From an uncultured Gammaproteobacteria bacterium (GTDB taxonomy: Bacteria; Pseudomonadota; Gammaproteobacteria; Arenicellales; CAJQKF01): 60,294 bases of DNA. Both the position numbers and the translations under genes were made by a program. Below are positions 33,296-43,846 of this stretch, in pieces (within the stretch, counting starts at the first letter, position 1; every line of letters begins with the position of its first letter). A model generated the notes under the pieces. That model searched no databases, had not been told where the DNA came from, and worked only from the letters and a program-made list of their open reading frames with translations. The stretch lies in assembly GCA_965652415.1 (NCBI GenBank), contig CBFGVH010000005.1:1-60294 (forward strand). The letters run 5' to 3'.

Positions 33296-34096
33296 ATGCT
33301 GACCATTTTCGCACGCCGGGCAGGCGCGGGCCGTCCGTCGATTTCGCTCTCGGCGCTGGTGGCCTTGTTCCTGCTGGCGGCGGCGCCGGCCCAGGTTCTC
33401 GCCCAGGGTGACGTCGCAACGGTGACCGCGGTCGAGGAGATCGATCATGATCCCTTCGAGGGGTTCAACCGCGCCGTGTACCGCTTCAACGACCGCCTCG
33501 ACCGCGCTGTGCTCAGGCCGCTCGCGGTGCGCTACGAGCGCTACGTACCGCCGAAGGTGCGGCGCGGGGTTCGCAACTTCGGCCGCAACCTGCGCGAGCC
33601 GACCACCATCGTCAACAACCTGCTGCAGGGCAAGGTCACCGAGGCGGCCGAGGACACGTTCCGCTTCGTGGTGAACTCCACGGTCGGCATACTCGGCATC
33701 TTCGACGTCGCCAGTCATTTCGGCGCCGAGCGCAATGTCGAGGACTTCGGCCAGACGCTGGGCCGCTGGGGCGTGCCGCCGGGGCCCTACCTGGTGCTGC
33801 CGCTGCTCGGTCCAAGTACCATTCGCGATGCCGCCGGACTGGTGCCGCAGTACTTGTACACCGACCTGACCGCCGGCATCGAGGACGACGGCCTGCTGTG
33901 GACCATCTTCGCGGCGCGCGCAGTGGATACCCGCGCCGCCCTGCTCGGTGCCGACAAGGTGCTGGCGGAGCAGATCGACCCGTACTCCTTCGTCCGAGAA
34001 ACCTACCTGCAGCGCCGGATCATCGACATCCATGACGGCAAGGCCCCGGAGGTGGAGGACGAGTTTCTCGAGGAACTGCTCGAGGAGACGGACTGA
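33296..34096 (+). CDS. mlaA: MlaA/VacJ family lipoprotein
   Basis: 266 aa. DPFEGFNRAVYRFNDRLD and GPYLVLPLLGPST hallmarks. Confidence 0.87.
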   Translation: MLTIFARRAGAGRPSISLSALVALFLLAAAPAQVLAQGDVATVTAVEEIDHDPFEGFNRAVYRFNDRLDRAVLRPLAVRYERYVPPKVRRGVRNFGRNLREPTTIVNNLLQGKVTEAAEDTFRFVVNSTVGILGIFDVASHFGAERNVEDFGQTLGRWGVPPGPYLVLPLLGPSTIRDAAGLVPQYLYTDLTAGIEDDGLLWTIFAARAVDTRAALLGADKVLAEQIDPYSFVRETYLQRRIIDIHDGKAPEVEDEFLEELLEETD

Positions 34097-34153
34097 CGGG
34101 TACCTCGCATCACGCGGGCGCCTTGGCAGCGACACGGTATTGCGAATGGGCAC

Positions 34154-34966
34154 ATGGCGCTTTACGCCGTAGGCGACGTCCAGGGCTGCCGCGACAGCTT
34201 CCTCGGGCTGCTCGGGGAATCCGGTTTCGACCGCGACCGCGACCACCTCGTGCTGGTCGGGGACCTGGTCAACCGCGGTCCGGACTCGGCCGGGGTGGTG
34301 CGCGAGGTCATGGCGCTGGGCGACGCCGCGTCCTGCGTGCTCGGCAATCACGACCTCAACGCGCTGGCCGTCGCGATAGGCGCGCGGCCGCTGAAGCCGC
34401 GCGACACGATGGCCGATCTCATCGACGCGGCCGACGGCTCCGAACTGCTCGAGTGGCTGCGCAGCCGCCCGCTGCTCGTCGAGCGCGAGGGGTACCTCTT
34501 CTGCCACGCCGGCATCTACCCCCGCTGGTCGCTGGAAACCGCGCGCGGCGCGGCGCGGGAAGTCGAGTCCGCGCTGCGTGGCGCCGACCACGGCGAGTTC
34601 CTGGCGCGCATGTACGGCAGTGAACCGGACACCTGGGACGGTGCGCTTGCCGGCTACGACCGCCTGCGCTTCATCACCAACGCCTTCACGCGCATGCGCT
34701 ACGTGTCCGCAACCGGCTCGCTGGATCACCTGGACACGGGTCCGCCCGGCACCCAGCGCCACGGGCTGGTACCGTGGTTCGACGCGCCGGGCCGGCGGCC
34801 GCTCGATGCACAGGTGGTGTTCGGTCACTGGTCGTCGCTCGGGTATTATCGCGGCGCCGACGTCATCGGCCTGGACAGCGGGTGCGTTTGGGGCCGCTAT
34901 CTCACCGCGGTAAGATTGGACGGTCGTGACGTCACCGCGTGGCAAGTCGAATGCAGGGTTGATTGA
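34154..34966 (+). CDS. apaH: bis(5'-nucleosyl)-tetraphosphatase (symmetrical)
   Basis: 270 aa. MALYAVGDVQGC, GDLVNRGP and GNHD metallophosphatase motifs. Confidence 0.93.
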   Translation: MALYAVGDVQGCRDSFLGLLGESGFDRDRDHLVLVGDLVNRGPDSAGVVREVMALGDAASCVLGNHDLNALAVAIGARPLKPRDTMADLIDAADGSELLEWLRSRPLLVEREGYLFCHAGIYPRWSLETARGAAREVESALRGADHGEFLARMYGSEPDTWDGALAGYDRLRFITNAFTRMRYVSATGSLDHLDTGPPGTQRHGLVPWFDAPGRRPLDAQVVFGHWSSLGYYRGADVIGLDSGCVWGRYLTAVRLDGRDVTAWQVECRVD

Positions 34967-34970
34967 GATC

Positions 34971-35351
34971 ATGGAGAAACAGGCACCGTCCATCGCCATT
35001 TCGGTTCGCACCGCCTACCTGCCGGCGCGTTCGAGCCCCGACGAGAACCGGTACTTCTTCGCCTACACCATCACCATCCGCAACGACGGCGAATGCCACG
35101 CCCAACTCCTGTCGCGTCACTGGATCATCACCGACGCCGACGGAAACCGCCAGGAGGTCCGGGGAGAGGGCGTCGTCGGCCAGCAACCGGTGCTCGCCCC
35201 GGGCGAGACCTTCGAGTACACGAGCGGCACCTACATTTCGACACCGATCGGCACGATGAAGGGAAGTTATCAGATGATCGCGTCGGAAGGCCGCACGTTC
35301 GACGCAGAAATCCCGGAGTTCGTGCTCTCCTTTCCGCGCACGCTGCATTAG
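34971..35351 (+). CDS. apaG: ApaG (DUF525) protein
   Basis: 126 aa from MEKQAPSIAI. YFFAYTITIRN and GEGVVGQQPVLAPGE. Confidence 0.9.
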   Translation: MEKQAPSIAISVRTAYLPARSSPDENRYFFAYTITIRNDGECHAQLLSRHWIITDADGNRQEVRGEGVVGQQPVLAPGETFEYTSGTYISTPIGTMKGSYQMIASEGRTFDAEIPEFVLSFPRTLH

Positions 35352-35421
35352 TGGTAAGCCGCGAGACCCCGGTAACGGACTGATCTACTCGCGGTTCGGT
35401 CGTCACGAGGCTTCGTTCACC

Positions 35422-35501
35422 GGTTCCGAGGGTGGGCAGGGGCCGCCCGCTCGGATCGCACTTCGTGCACTCGCGTTCGGCCCCTGCCCACCCTCGGAAC
35501 C
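35422..35501. repeat. 80-bp inverted repeat (23-24-bp perfect stem, 32-nt loop) between the convergent apaG and gyrB
   Basis: GGTTCCGAGGGTGGGCAGGGGCC (35422-35444) is the exact reverse complement of 35479-35501. The loop contains a nested GCAC-TTC-GTGC hairpin. Confidence 0.8.
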
Positions 35502-35547
35502 TGCACTGATGACGATCGCTGGCGGGTCTCGCCCGTCTTTGGCGGGC

Positions 35548-37962
<2,415 letters not shown>

Positions 37963-38108
37963 CTATCGCCGCGGAAAAGACCCGATTTTAGCATTTTTTT
38001 CAACTAGATATCAGGTCTGTTCTGGACCCGTCCCCGCCCGATCCGGGCCCGGGCGAATCGGGTGCGAAGTTGAGCCCGAGGGGCGTTCGCGGCCCTGGCG
38101 CTGGCATG

Positions 38109-38124
38109 TGTTCCACGTGGAACA
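38109..38124. other. parS centromere-like site 1
   Basis: TGTTCCACGTGGAACA is a perfect 16-bp palindrome. 15/16 to TGTTNCACGTGAAACA, and both halves are accepted parS half-sites. Confidence 0.75.
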
Positions 38125-38316
38125 TCTGCGCATCACCGCCACCGGGCAGGATGCCTCGATATGACTGCCGGGGATGGAAAAAACACCCGCGGCGCCTGGG
38201 GTGGCATTGCGCGGTGCGTGCCGGCCAGGCCAGCGGAAGGTGTCATGATGCGCGCTCGGCACGCGCGACCGCCCTGCAGCCGCGCGCCCGAGCTTTGAAG
38301 GGGGGGGTGTCAGCGA

Positions 38317-38332
38317 TGTTTCACGTGAAACA
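38317..38332. other. parS centromere-like site 2
   Basis: TGTTTCACGTGAAACA is an exact match to the parS consensus. The palindrome extends to 20 bp (GATGTTTCACGTGAAACATC, 38315-38334). Confidence 0.85.
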
Positions 38333-38365
38333 TCGCCCTGCCGCTTCGATCGAACCGAGCGCGGA

Positions 38366-39466
38366 CTAGAGCCGCATCGGCATGACCAGGTAAAGCGTGT
38401 CGTCGTTCTCCGGTTCCTTGATGATGCAGCCGCTGTTGCTGTCCTGAAGGCGCAACTGAACCAGCGACGACGGCACCGCCTTCAGCGCGTCGAGCAGGTA
38501 ATTGACGTTGAACCCGATATCCAGTTCGGCACCGTCGTACTCCACGGAAATCTCGTCGCTCGCTTCCTCCTGGTCGGGATTGTGCGCGGTGACGGTGAGC
38601 AGGTTTGACGCGAGGTGGATGCGGATCCCCCGGAATTTCTCGTTGGTCAGGATCGCCGTGCGATTGAGCACGTCGGTCAATTCCGGGCGGTCGACGATCA
38701 GTGATACCGACAGGGCCTGCGCCATGACGGTCTCGTAGTCCGGGAAACGCCCATCGATCAGCTTGGTGGTCAGGGTAGAGGCGTCGGTGTGGAGGCGGAT
38801 GTGGTTCGGATTGAGCTCGAGCGTCAATTCACGATCCTCGTCCTCCAGGAAGCGCAACATCTCGAGTACCGCCTTGCGCGGCACGATCACTTGGCGAAAC
38901 GCATATTTTCCCGACTCGAGACTCGTCTCGCTCTTGGCGAGTCGGTGACCGTCCGTGGCTACCGCGCGAACCGTGTCATCGTGAATCTCGAGCAGGACAC
39001 CATTGAGAAAGTAGCGCACGTCCTGCTGGGCCATCGAGAACGCGGTCGACTCGAATAACCCCTTGAGCTCACGCTCGGATACCTTGAGGCGCTCCTCCCA
39101 GTCCTTCGTGTCGAGCCTGGGAAAATCCCCCGCGGGCAGGGTCTGGAGCTTGAAACGGCTGCGCCCGGACTGGATATGAGCTCCCTTTCCGTCGACCCTG
39201 AATTTTATCAGCGCGTCGTCCGGCAGCGCGCGGCAGATCTCGTAGAGCTTGCGCGCCATCACGGTGCAGCTGCCATCCTCGCCCTTGATGTTGCCGATCC
39301 GGAAGCTTACCTCGACTTCGAGATCGGTACCGGTGATGGTCAAGGAACCGTCCTCGACACTCAGGAACAGGTTGGAGAGGATCGGCAGCGTCTGGCGTTT
39401 CTCGACCACGCTGGTGGCCAGCCCAAGCGGTTTTATCAACCGGCTTTTTTCTATTTCCAGATACAT
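38366..39466 (-). CDS. dnaN: DNA polymerase III subunit beta (sliding clamp)
   Basis: 366 aa: MYLEIEKSRLIKPL...LYLVMPMRL. Three-domain clamp length. Confidence 0.97.
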   Translation of the reverse strand: MYLEIEKSRLIKPLGLATSVVEKRQTLPILSNLFLSVEDGSLTITGTDLEVEVSFRIGNIKGEDGSCTVMARKLYEICRALPDDALIKFRVDGKGAHIQSGRSRFKLQTLPAGDFPRLDTKDWEERLKVSERELKGLFESTAFSMAQQDVRYFLNGVLLEIHDDTVRAVATDGHRLAKSETSLESGKYAFRQVIVPRKAVLEMLRFLEDEDRELTLELNPNHIRLHTDASTLTTKLIDGRFPDYETVMAQALSVSLIVDRPELTDVLNRTAILTNEKFRGIRIHLASNLLTVTAHNPDQEEASDEISVEYDGAELDIGFNVNYLLDALKAVPSSLVQLRLQDSNSGCIIKEPENDDTLYLVMPMRL

Positions 39467-39659
39467 GACAAGTCCGGGAAGAGAATGTTCATTGAAACAC
39501 CTACGCCTGTGGACAACTGCCAGGACGAGATATTTTCCTTTGTATTCAAATACTTGAGTAGATTTTCGGCTGTGGATAACAGGGGTATGAATACCTGCGC
39601 GCCTGTGGGTGAGATGCTCGCCTCGGTGGATGAATTCTTACCCACAGGTTGTCCCCGAC
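39467..39659. other. candidate oriC / DnaA-box cluster with AT-rich unwinding-type patch (dnaA-dnaN spacer)
   Basis: Perfect box TGTGGATAA at 39571-39579. 8/9 boxes at 39508-39516 (TGTGGACAA) and 39638-39646 (TTACCCACA). 7/9 boxes at 39604-39612, 39625-39633 and 39660-39668. The ~40 nt at 39528-39568 are only about a quarter G+C in a very GC-rich genome. Confidence 0.5.
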
Positions 39660-41009
39660 TTATCCGCTGAGTTGTCTACGCAGGTTATTGTAGTCCTCCC
39701 CCATCTTCGAGTCGCTCTGAATCAACTCCTCGATCTTGCGGCAGCCGTGGATCACGGTGGTGTGGTCGCGGCCGCCGAAGGCGTCGCCGATGTCGGGCAG
39801 GCTCATGTTGGTCAGCTCCTTGGCCAGCGCCATGGCGACCTGCCTCGGTCGCGCGATGTTGCGGTTGCGCTTCTTGGAGAGCAGGTCCGAGACCCTGATG
39901 TTGTAGTACTCGGCGACCCGCTTCTGGATATTGTTGATGGTGACCTGCTTCTCCTGGAATACGATCAGGTCGCGCAGCGCTTCCTTGATCAGGTCGAGAT
40001 CGATGAGGCGCCCGGTTATCCCCGAGCTGGCGATGACCCGGTGCAGCGCGCCTTCGAGTTCGCGCACGTTCGAGCGGATCTGCTTGGCCATGAAAAATGC
40101 GGCATCGTCGTCGAGCGTGATGTCCTTCTGACGCGCCTTCTTTTTCAGTATCGCCACCCGGGTTTCCAGTTCCGGCGGATCGATGGGCACCGTCAGCCCC
40201 GATCCGAACCGCGAGATCAGCCGCTCCTGCACGCCGGAGATCTCCTTCGGAAAACGGTCGGAGGTGATCACCACCTGGCGCTGGCCTTCGAGCAGCGTGT
40301 TGAATGTATGGAAAAATTCCTCCTGGGAGTGGCTCTTGCCGGCGAAGAACTGGATGTCGTCGATCAAAAGCGCGTCCAGTGAGCGGTAGTAACGCTTGAA
40401 CTCGTTGATCTCGTTGTGCTGCAGGGCGCGGACCATGTCCGCGACGAAGCGCTCGGAATGGATGTACACGACCTTGGCCGAGTCGTTGTTCTGGCAAATC
40501 AGGTTGCCGGCCGCCTGCATCAGGTGGGTCTTGCCGAGGCCGACGCCGCCGTAGATGAAAAGCGGGTTGTAGGCCCTGCCGGGGTTGGCCCCGACCTGCA
40601 GGGCGGCGGCGCGGGCCAGCTGGTTCGACTTGCCCTCGACGTGTGTCTCGAAGGTGAAGCCCGGATTGAGCTTGCCCTTGGTGTAGTCCACCGCCGGGGG
40701 CTTGCGTCGCGGCGCGACGGCGGGCCCCTCGCCGGCGGGCTCGACGTCCACTCCGCCGATGGCGAGGGTGACATCGAGCGGCGCGCCGCTGTAGGAACCC
40801 GCGATCTCGCGCACCCGTTCCAGGAACGTGCGACCGACGAAGTCGCGGACGAACTGGTTCGGCGCCAGCAGGGTCAGCCGATCGTCGCGCTGCACCGCCT
40901 GCAGCGGCCGGATCCAGGTGTTGAACTGCTGATCCGTCAGCTCGTTCTCGAGGCGGTTGAGGCAGTGGCGCCAGATGCGCGGTTCGCTGTCTTGGCCGGG
41001 TTCGGGCAT
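39660..41009 (-). CDS. dnaA: chromosomal replication initiator protein DnaA
   Basis: 449 aa from [24 protein letters not shown]. Walker [12 protein letters not shown]. Domain [22 protein letters not shown]. The 61-codon upstream extension in the track is rejected. Confidence 0.95.
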   Translation of the reverse strand: MPEPGQDSEPRIWRHCLNRLENELTDQQFNTWIRPLQAVQRDDRLTLLAPNQFVRDFVGRTFLERVREIAGSYSGAPLDVTLAIGGVDVEPAGEGPAVAPRRKPPAVDYTKGKLNPGFTFETHVEGKSNQLARAAALQVGANPGRAYNPLFIYGGVGLGKTHLMQAAGNLICQNNDSAKVVYIHSERFVADMVRALQHNEINEFKRYYRSLDALLIDDIQFFAGKSHSQEEFFHTFNTLLEGQRQVVITSDRFPKEISGVQERLISRFGSGLTVPIDPPELETRVAILKKKARQKDITLDDDAAFFMAKQIRSNVRELEGALHRVIASSGITGRLIDLDLIKEALRDLIVFQEKQVTINNIQKRVAEYYNIRVSDLLSKKRNRNIARPRQVAMALAKELTNMSLPDIGDAFGGRDHTTVIHGCRKIEELIQSDSKMGEDYNNLRRQLSG

Positions 41010-41211
41010 GGTTGCTGCTTGGCAATGAAATCGGGCGAAAAGTCCCGGTCGCGGGCCGCGGTCGACCCCTCCGGCGGCAAGTCGGCGGCCACCGGCGGGG
41101 CGGCGCATCGGCCGCCAGGCGCCTGAAAAATCAGGGACTTTTCTGAAAAACTCGGAAACCCCGCGCCACAGCGTCGCGCTTCGCCACCGCATCGAAGGGC
41201 CGCGCCGGGGC

Positions 41212-41220
41212 TGTGGATAA
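41212..41220. promoter_or_regulatory. perfect DnaA box in the dnaA-rpmH divergent spacer
   Basis: TGTGGATAA (reverse complement TTATCCACA) about 200 nt upstream of dnaA. Likely an autoregulatory or origin-associated box. Confidence 0.6.
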
Positions 41221-41306
41221 GTGTAACGCCACCCCTTGCCCCGCCGTCAAGTCGAAAGCTCCCGCGCAGCGCTCGTCGCGCAGGCGGTCGCACTCCAGCT
41301 TCTCGG

Positions 41307-41336
41307 TTGACAGTATTCGCGGGAAAACAGTACATT
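41307..41336 (+). promoter_or_regulatory. candidate rpmH promoter
   Basis: TTGACA (41307-41312), 18-nt spacer, TACATT (41331-41336), about 57 nt upstream of the rpmH ATG. Confidence 0.45.
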
Positions 41337-41393
41337 CCGCCCCCTTTTGTAGCAGCGATCCGCGCGCTGCCGTACCGCACAAGGTTTGACGTC

Positions 41394-41528
41394 ATGAAGC
41401 GTACTTTTCAGCCCAGCGAACTCAAGAGAAAGCGGACCCACGGGTTCCGCGCCCGCATGCGCACGCGCGGGGGCCGAGCCGTGATCAACGCTCGTCGCGC
41501 CAAGGGGCGCTCGCGGCTGAGCGCCTGA
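41394..41528 (+). CDS. rpmH: 50S ribosomal protein L34
   Basis: 44 aa: [44 protein letters not shown]. Confidence 0.97.
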   Translation: MKRTFQPSELKRKRTHGFRARMRTRGGRAVINARRAKGRSRLSA

Positions 41529-41547
41529 GGCGCTCGACGCCGCCCGT

Positions 41548-41919
41548 TTGTCGGGGCCGCAACGCGGCAGGTCCTCGTTTCCGCGCGAGCACCGCCTGCT
41601 CGACAGCGCCGGGTACCGGCGAGTGTTCACGGCCAGGCGGCGGGTCAGCGCCCGCCATGGCGCCTTCCACGTTCGGCCTAACGGACTGGATCATGCCCGG
41701 CTGGGCATAACCGTGTCGCGCAAGGTGTCGAAGAAGGCGGTCCAACGCAACCGGATCAAGCGCCAGGTGCGAGAGTATTTTCGCCACCACAGAGACAGCC
41801 TGAAGGGCATGGACGTGGTATTCACTGCCTATCCCGGATGCGCCGAGCTCGACAATCTCGCGCTTGCCCGGTTGCTCGAATCGCTGTGGCACAGAACCGA
41901 GGCCAAATGCGCTCACTGA
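41548..41919 (+). CDS. rnpA: ribonuclease P protein component
   Basis: 123 aa. FPREHRLLDSAGYRRVF plus basic RNR-type motif VSKKAVQRNRIKRQVRE. TTG start, so the start is uncertain. Confidence 0.87.
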   Translation: MSGPQRGRSSFPREHRLLDSAGYRRVFTARRRVSARHGAFHVRPNGLDHARLGITVSRKVSKKAVQRNRIKRQVREYFRHHRDSLKGMDVVFTAYPGCAELDNLALARLLESLWHRTEAKCAH

Positions 41920-42140
41920 TCATCCTCGTCCTGAAGGGCTACCGGTACCTCGCAAGTCCCCTGCTCGGGCCGAGCTGCCGCTTCTATCCGAGCTGCTCCG
42001 AGTACGCCATCGAGGCGGTCGAGCGTCACGGCTCGCTCAAGGGCGGCGCGATGGCGGTCGGTCGGGTGCTCAAGTGTCATCCGTGGCATGCCGGGGGTTT
42101 CGATCCGGTGCCCGAATCGTCCCCGAAACAGCCGTCATGA
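41907..42140 (+). CDS. yidD: membrane protein insertion efficiency factor YidD
   Basis: 77 aa. YRYLASPLLGPSCRFYPSCSEYA. Overlaps the rnpA 3' end and the yidC start (ATGA). Confidence 0.9.
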   Translation: MRSLIILVLKGYRYLASPLLGPSCRFYPSCSEYAIEAVERHGSLKGGAMAVGRVLKCHPWHAGGFDPVPESSPKQPS

Positions 42141-43846
42141 TGGAAACCCAACGACTGATCCTGTACGTGGCCCTCGGGCTCGTGCTGATGCTGCTGTGGC
42201 AGTCCTGGATACAGTACACCACGCCGACCCAGGCGCCGGGTCAGAACGAACAGGTCCAGGCCGGCGGGTCGGGCACGACGACTCCTGCGCGCGACGCCAC
42301 CGTGCCGGACGCACCCGACGCGCCGTCCGCTCCATCGGCCCCGGCGGCTCCGTCGACGCCCGGCACCCCCGATGCCAGCACCGAGGCGCCTGCCCAGGCC
42401 GAGGCTGGCGGCACCATCGTCGTCGAAACGGATCTTATCCGCGCCGAACTGAGCACGATCGGCGGCGATATTCGAAAGGTAGAGCTTCTCGACTATCCGG
42501 TTGACGTGGACCATCCCGAGGTCCCGCTGTCGCTGATGTCGTCCGAGCCGCCCAACATATTCATGACGGAAACGGGTCTGCTCGGCCGCGGCCACGAGTT
42601 CCCCAATCACCGGACCGAGTGGCGGATCGACGGCGAGAAGTTCACGCTCGATTCCGGTCGCGACAGTCTCGAGATCACCTTCTCCCACGAGGCGGGCGCC
42701 GTCACCTACCGCAAGGTCTACCGCTTTCGCCGCGACAGCTACCTCGTCGACGTCGAGTACAGGGTCGACAACGGCAGCGACACGCCCTGGAGCGGCTACC
42801 AGTACGCGCAGTTCGTTCGCACGGACTACGAAGAAGCCCGGACGATGGGGTTTCTCACCGCGCTGCCGAGCTTCCGAGGCGGCGCGATCTACACCCCCGA
42901 GGACCGTTTCCAGAAGATCGGCTTTTCCGATCTCGCCGATAGCGACCTCAAGCGCCAGACCGAGTCGGGCTGGGTGTCGATGCTTCAGCATTACTTCGTC
43001 GGCGCATGGCTGCCGGCCGAACCCGGTCCCTACGAATTCTACACCAGCGTCGCCGACCGCGCCGCGATGCTGCCGATGTACCGGATCGGCTACAAGACGC
43101 TGGCACCGGTGGAAGTCGCACCCGGCGCGTCCGGCGTCCTCGACAACCGCCTGTACATCGGCCCCAAGGAACAGGACCGCCTCGAGGAGGCCGCCGAGGG
43201 CCTGGTGCTGTCGGTCGACTACGGCTGGCTCACGGTCGTCGCCTCGCCATTGTTCTGGCTGTTGAGCTGGATTCACAAGGTGGTTGGCAACTGGGGCTGG
43301 GCGATCATCTTCCTCACCGTGCTGATCAAGCTGGTGTTCTTCCCGCTGTCGGCGGCGAGTTACAAGTCGATGGCGAAGATGAAGAACCTGCAGCCGCGCC
43401 TGAAGACCCTCAAGGACCGCTACGGTGACGACCGCCAGAAATTCCAGCAGGAGATGATGAAGATCTACAAGGAAGAGAAGATCAACCCGCTCGGCGGCTG
43501 CCTTCCCATCCTGGTCCAGATCCCGGTATTCATCGCCCTGTACTGGGTGTTGCTCGAGAGTGTCGAGTTGCGCCAGGCCGACTGGTTCTGGCTCAAGGAC
43601 CTGTCGGTGAAGGATCCGTTCTACATCCTGCCGATCCTCATGGGCCTGTCCATGCTGGTCCAGCAGCGCCTCAACCCGGCGCCCATGGACGACATCCAGA
43701 AGAAGGTGATGATGGCGCTGCCGTTCGTGTTCACCGTCTTCTTCCTGTTCTTCCCGTCCGGGCTGGTGTTGTACTGGGTGGTCAACAACGTGTTGTCCAT
43801 CGCCCAGCAGTGGTTCATCACCAACAAGCTGCAGGCGAAGAGCTGA
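42137..43846 (+). CDS. yidC: membrane protein insertase YidC
   Basis: 569 aa from MMETQRLILYVALGLVLMLLWQSW. Large periplasmic P1 domain. C-terminal core ...NPLGGCLPILVQIPVFIALY. Confidence 0.96.
   Translation: MMETQRLILYVALGLVLMLLWQSWIQYTTPTQAPGQNEQVQAGGSGTTTPARDATVPDAPDAPSAPSAPAAPSTPGTPDASTEAPAQAEAGGTIVVETDLIRAELSTIGGDIRKVELLDYPVDVDHPEVPLSLMSSEPPNIFMTETGLLGRGHEFPNHRTEWRIDGEKFTLDSGRDSLEITFSHEAGAVTYRKVYRFRRDSYLVDVEYRVDNGSDTPWSGYQYAQFVRTDYEEARTMGFLTALPSFRGGAIYTPEDRFQKIGFSDLADSDLKRQTESGWVSMLQHYFVGAWLPAEPGPYEFYTSVADRAAMLPMYRIGYKTLAPVEVAPGASGVLDNRLYIGPKEQDRLEEAAEGLVLSVDYGWLTVVASPLFWLLSWIHKVVGNWGWAIIFLTVLIKLVFFPLSAASYKSMAKMKNLQPRLKTLKDRYGDDRQKFQQEMMKIYKEEKINPLGGCLPILVQIPVFIALYWVLLESVELRQADWFWLKDLSVKDPFYILPILMGLSMLVQQRLNPAPMDDIQKKVMMALPFVFTVFFLFFPSGLVLYWVVNNVLSIAQQWFITNKLQAKS

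Noticed and set aside
38300-38307. G8 homopolymer tract in the gyrB-dnaN spacer as a possible phase-variation switch.
   Set aside because: It is non-coding and not positioned between recognisable -35/-10 elements. A single tract gives no evidence of variability from one sequence.
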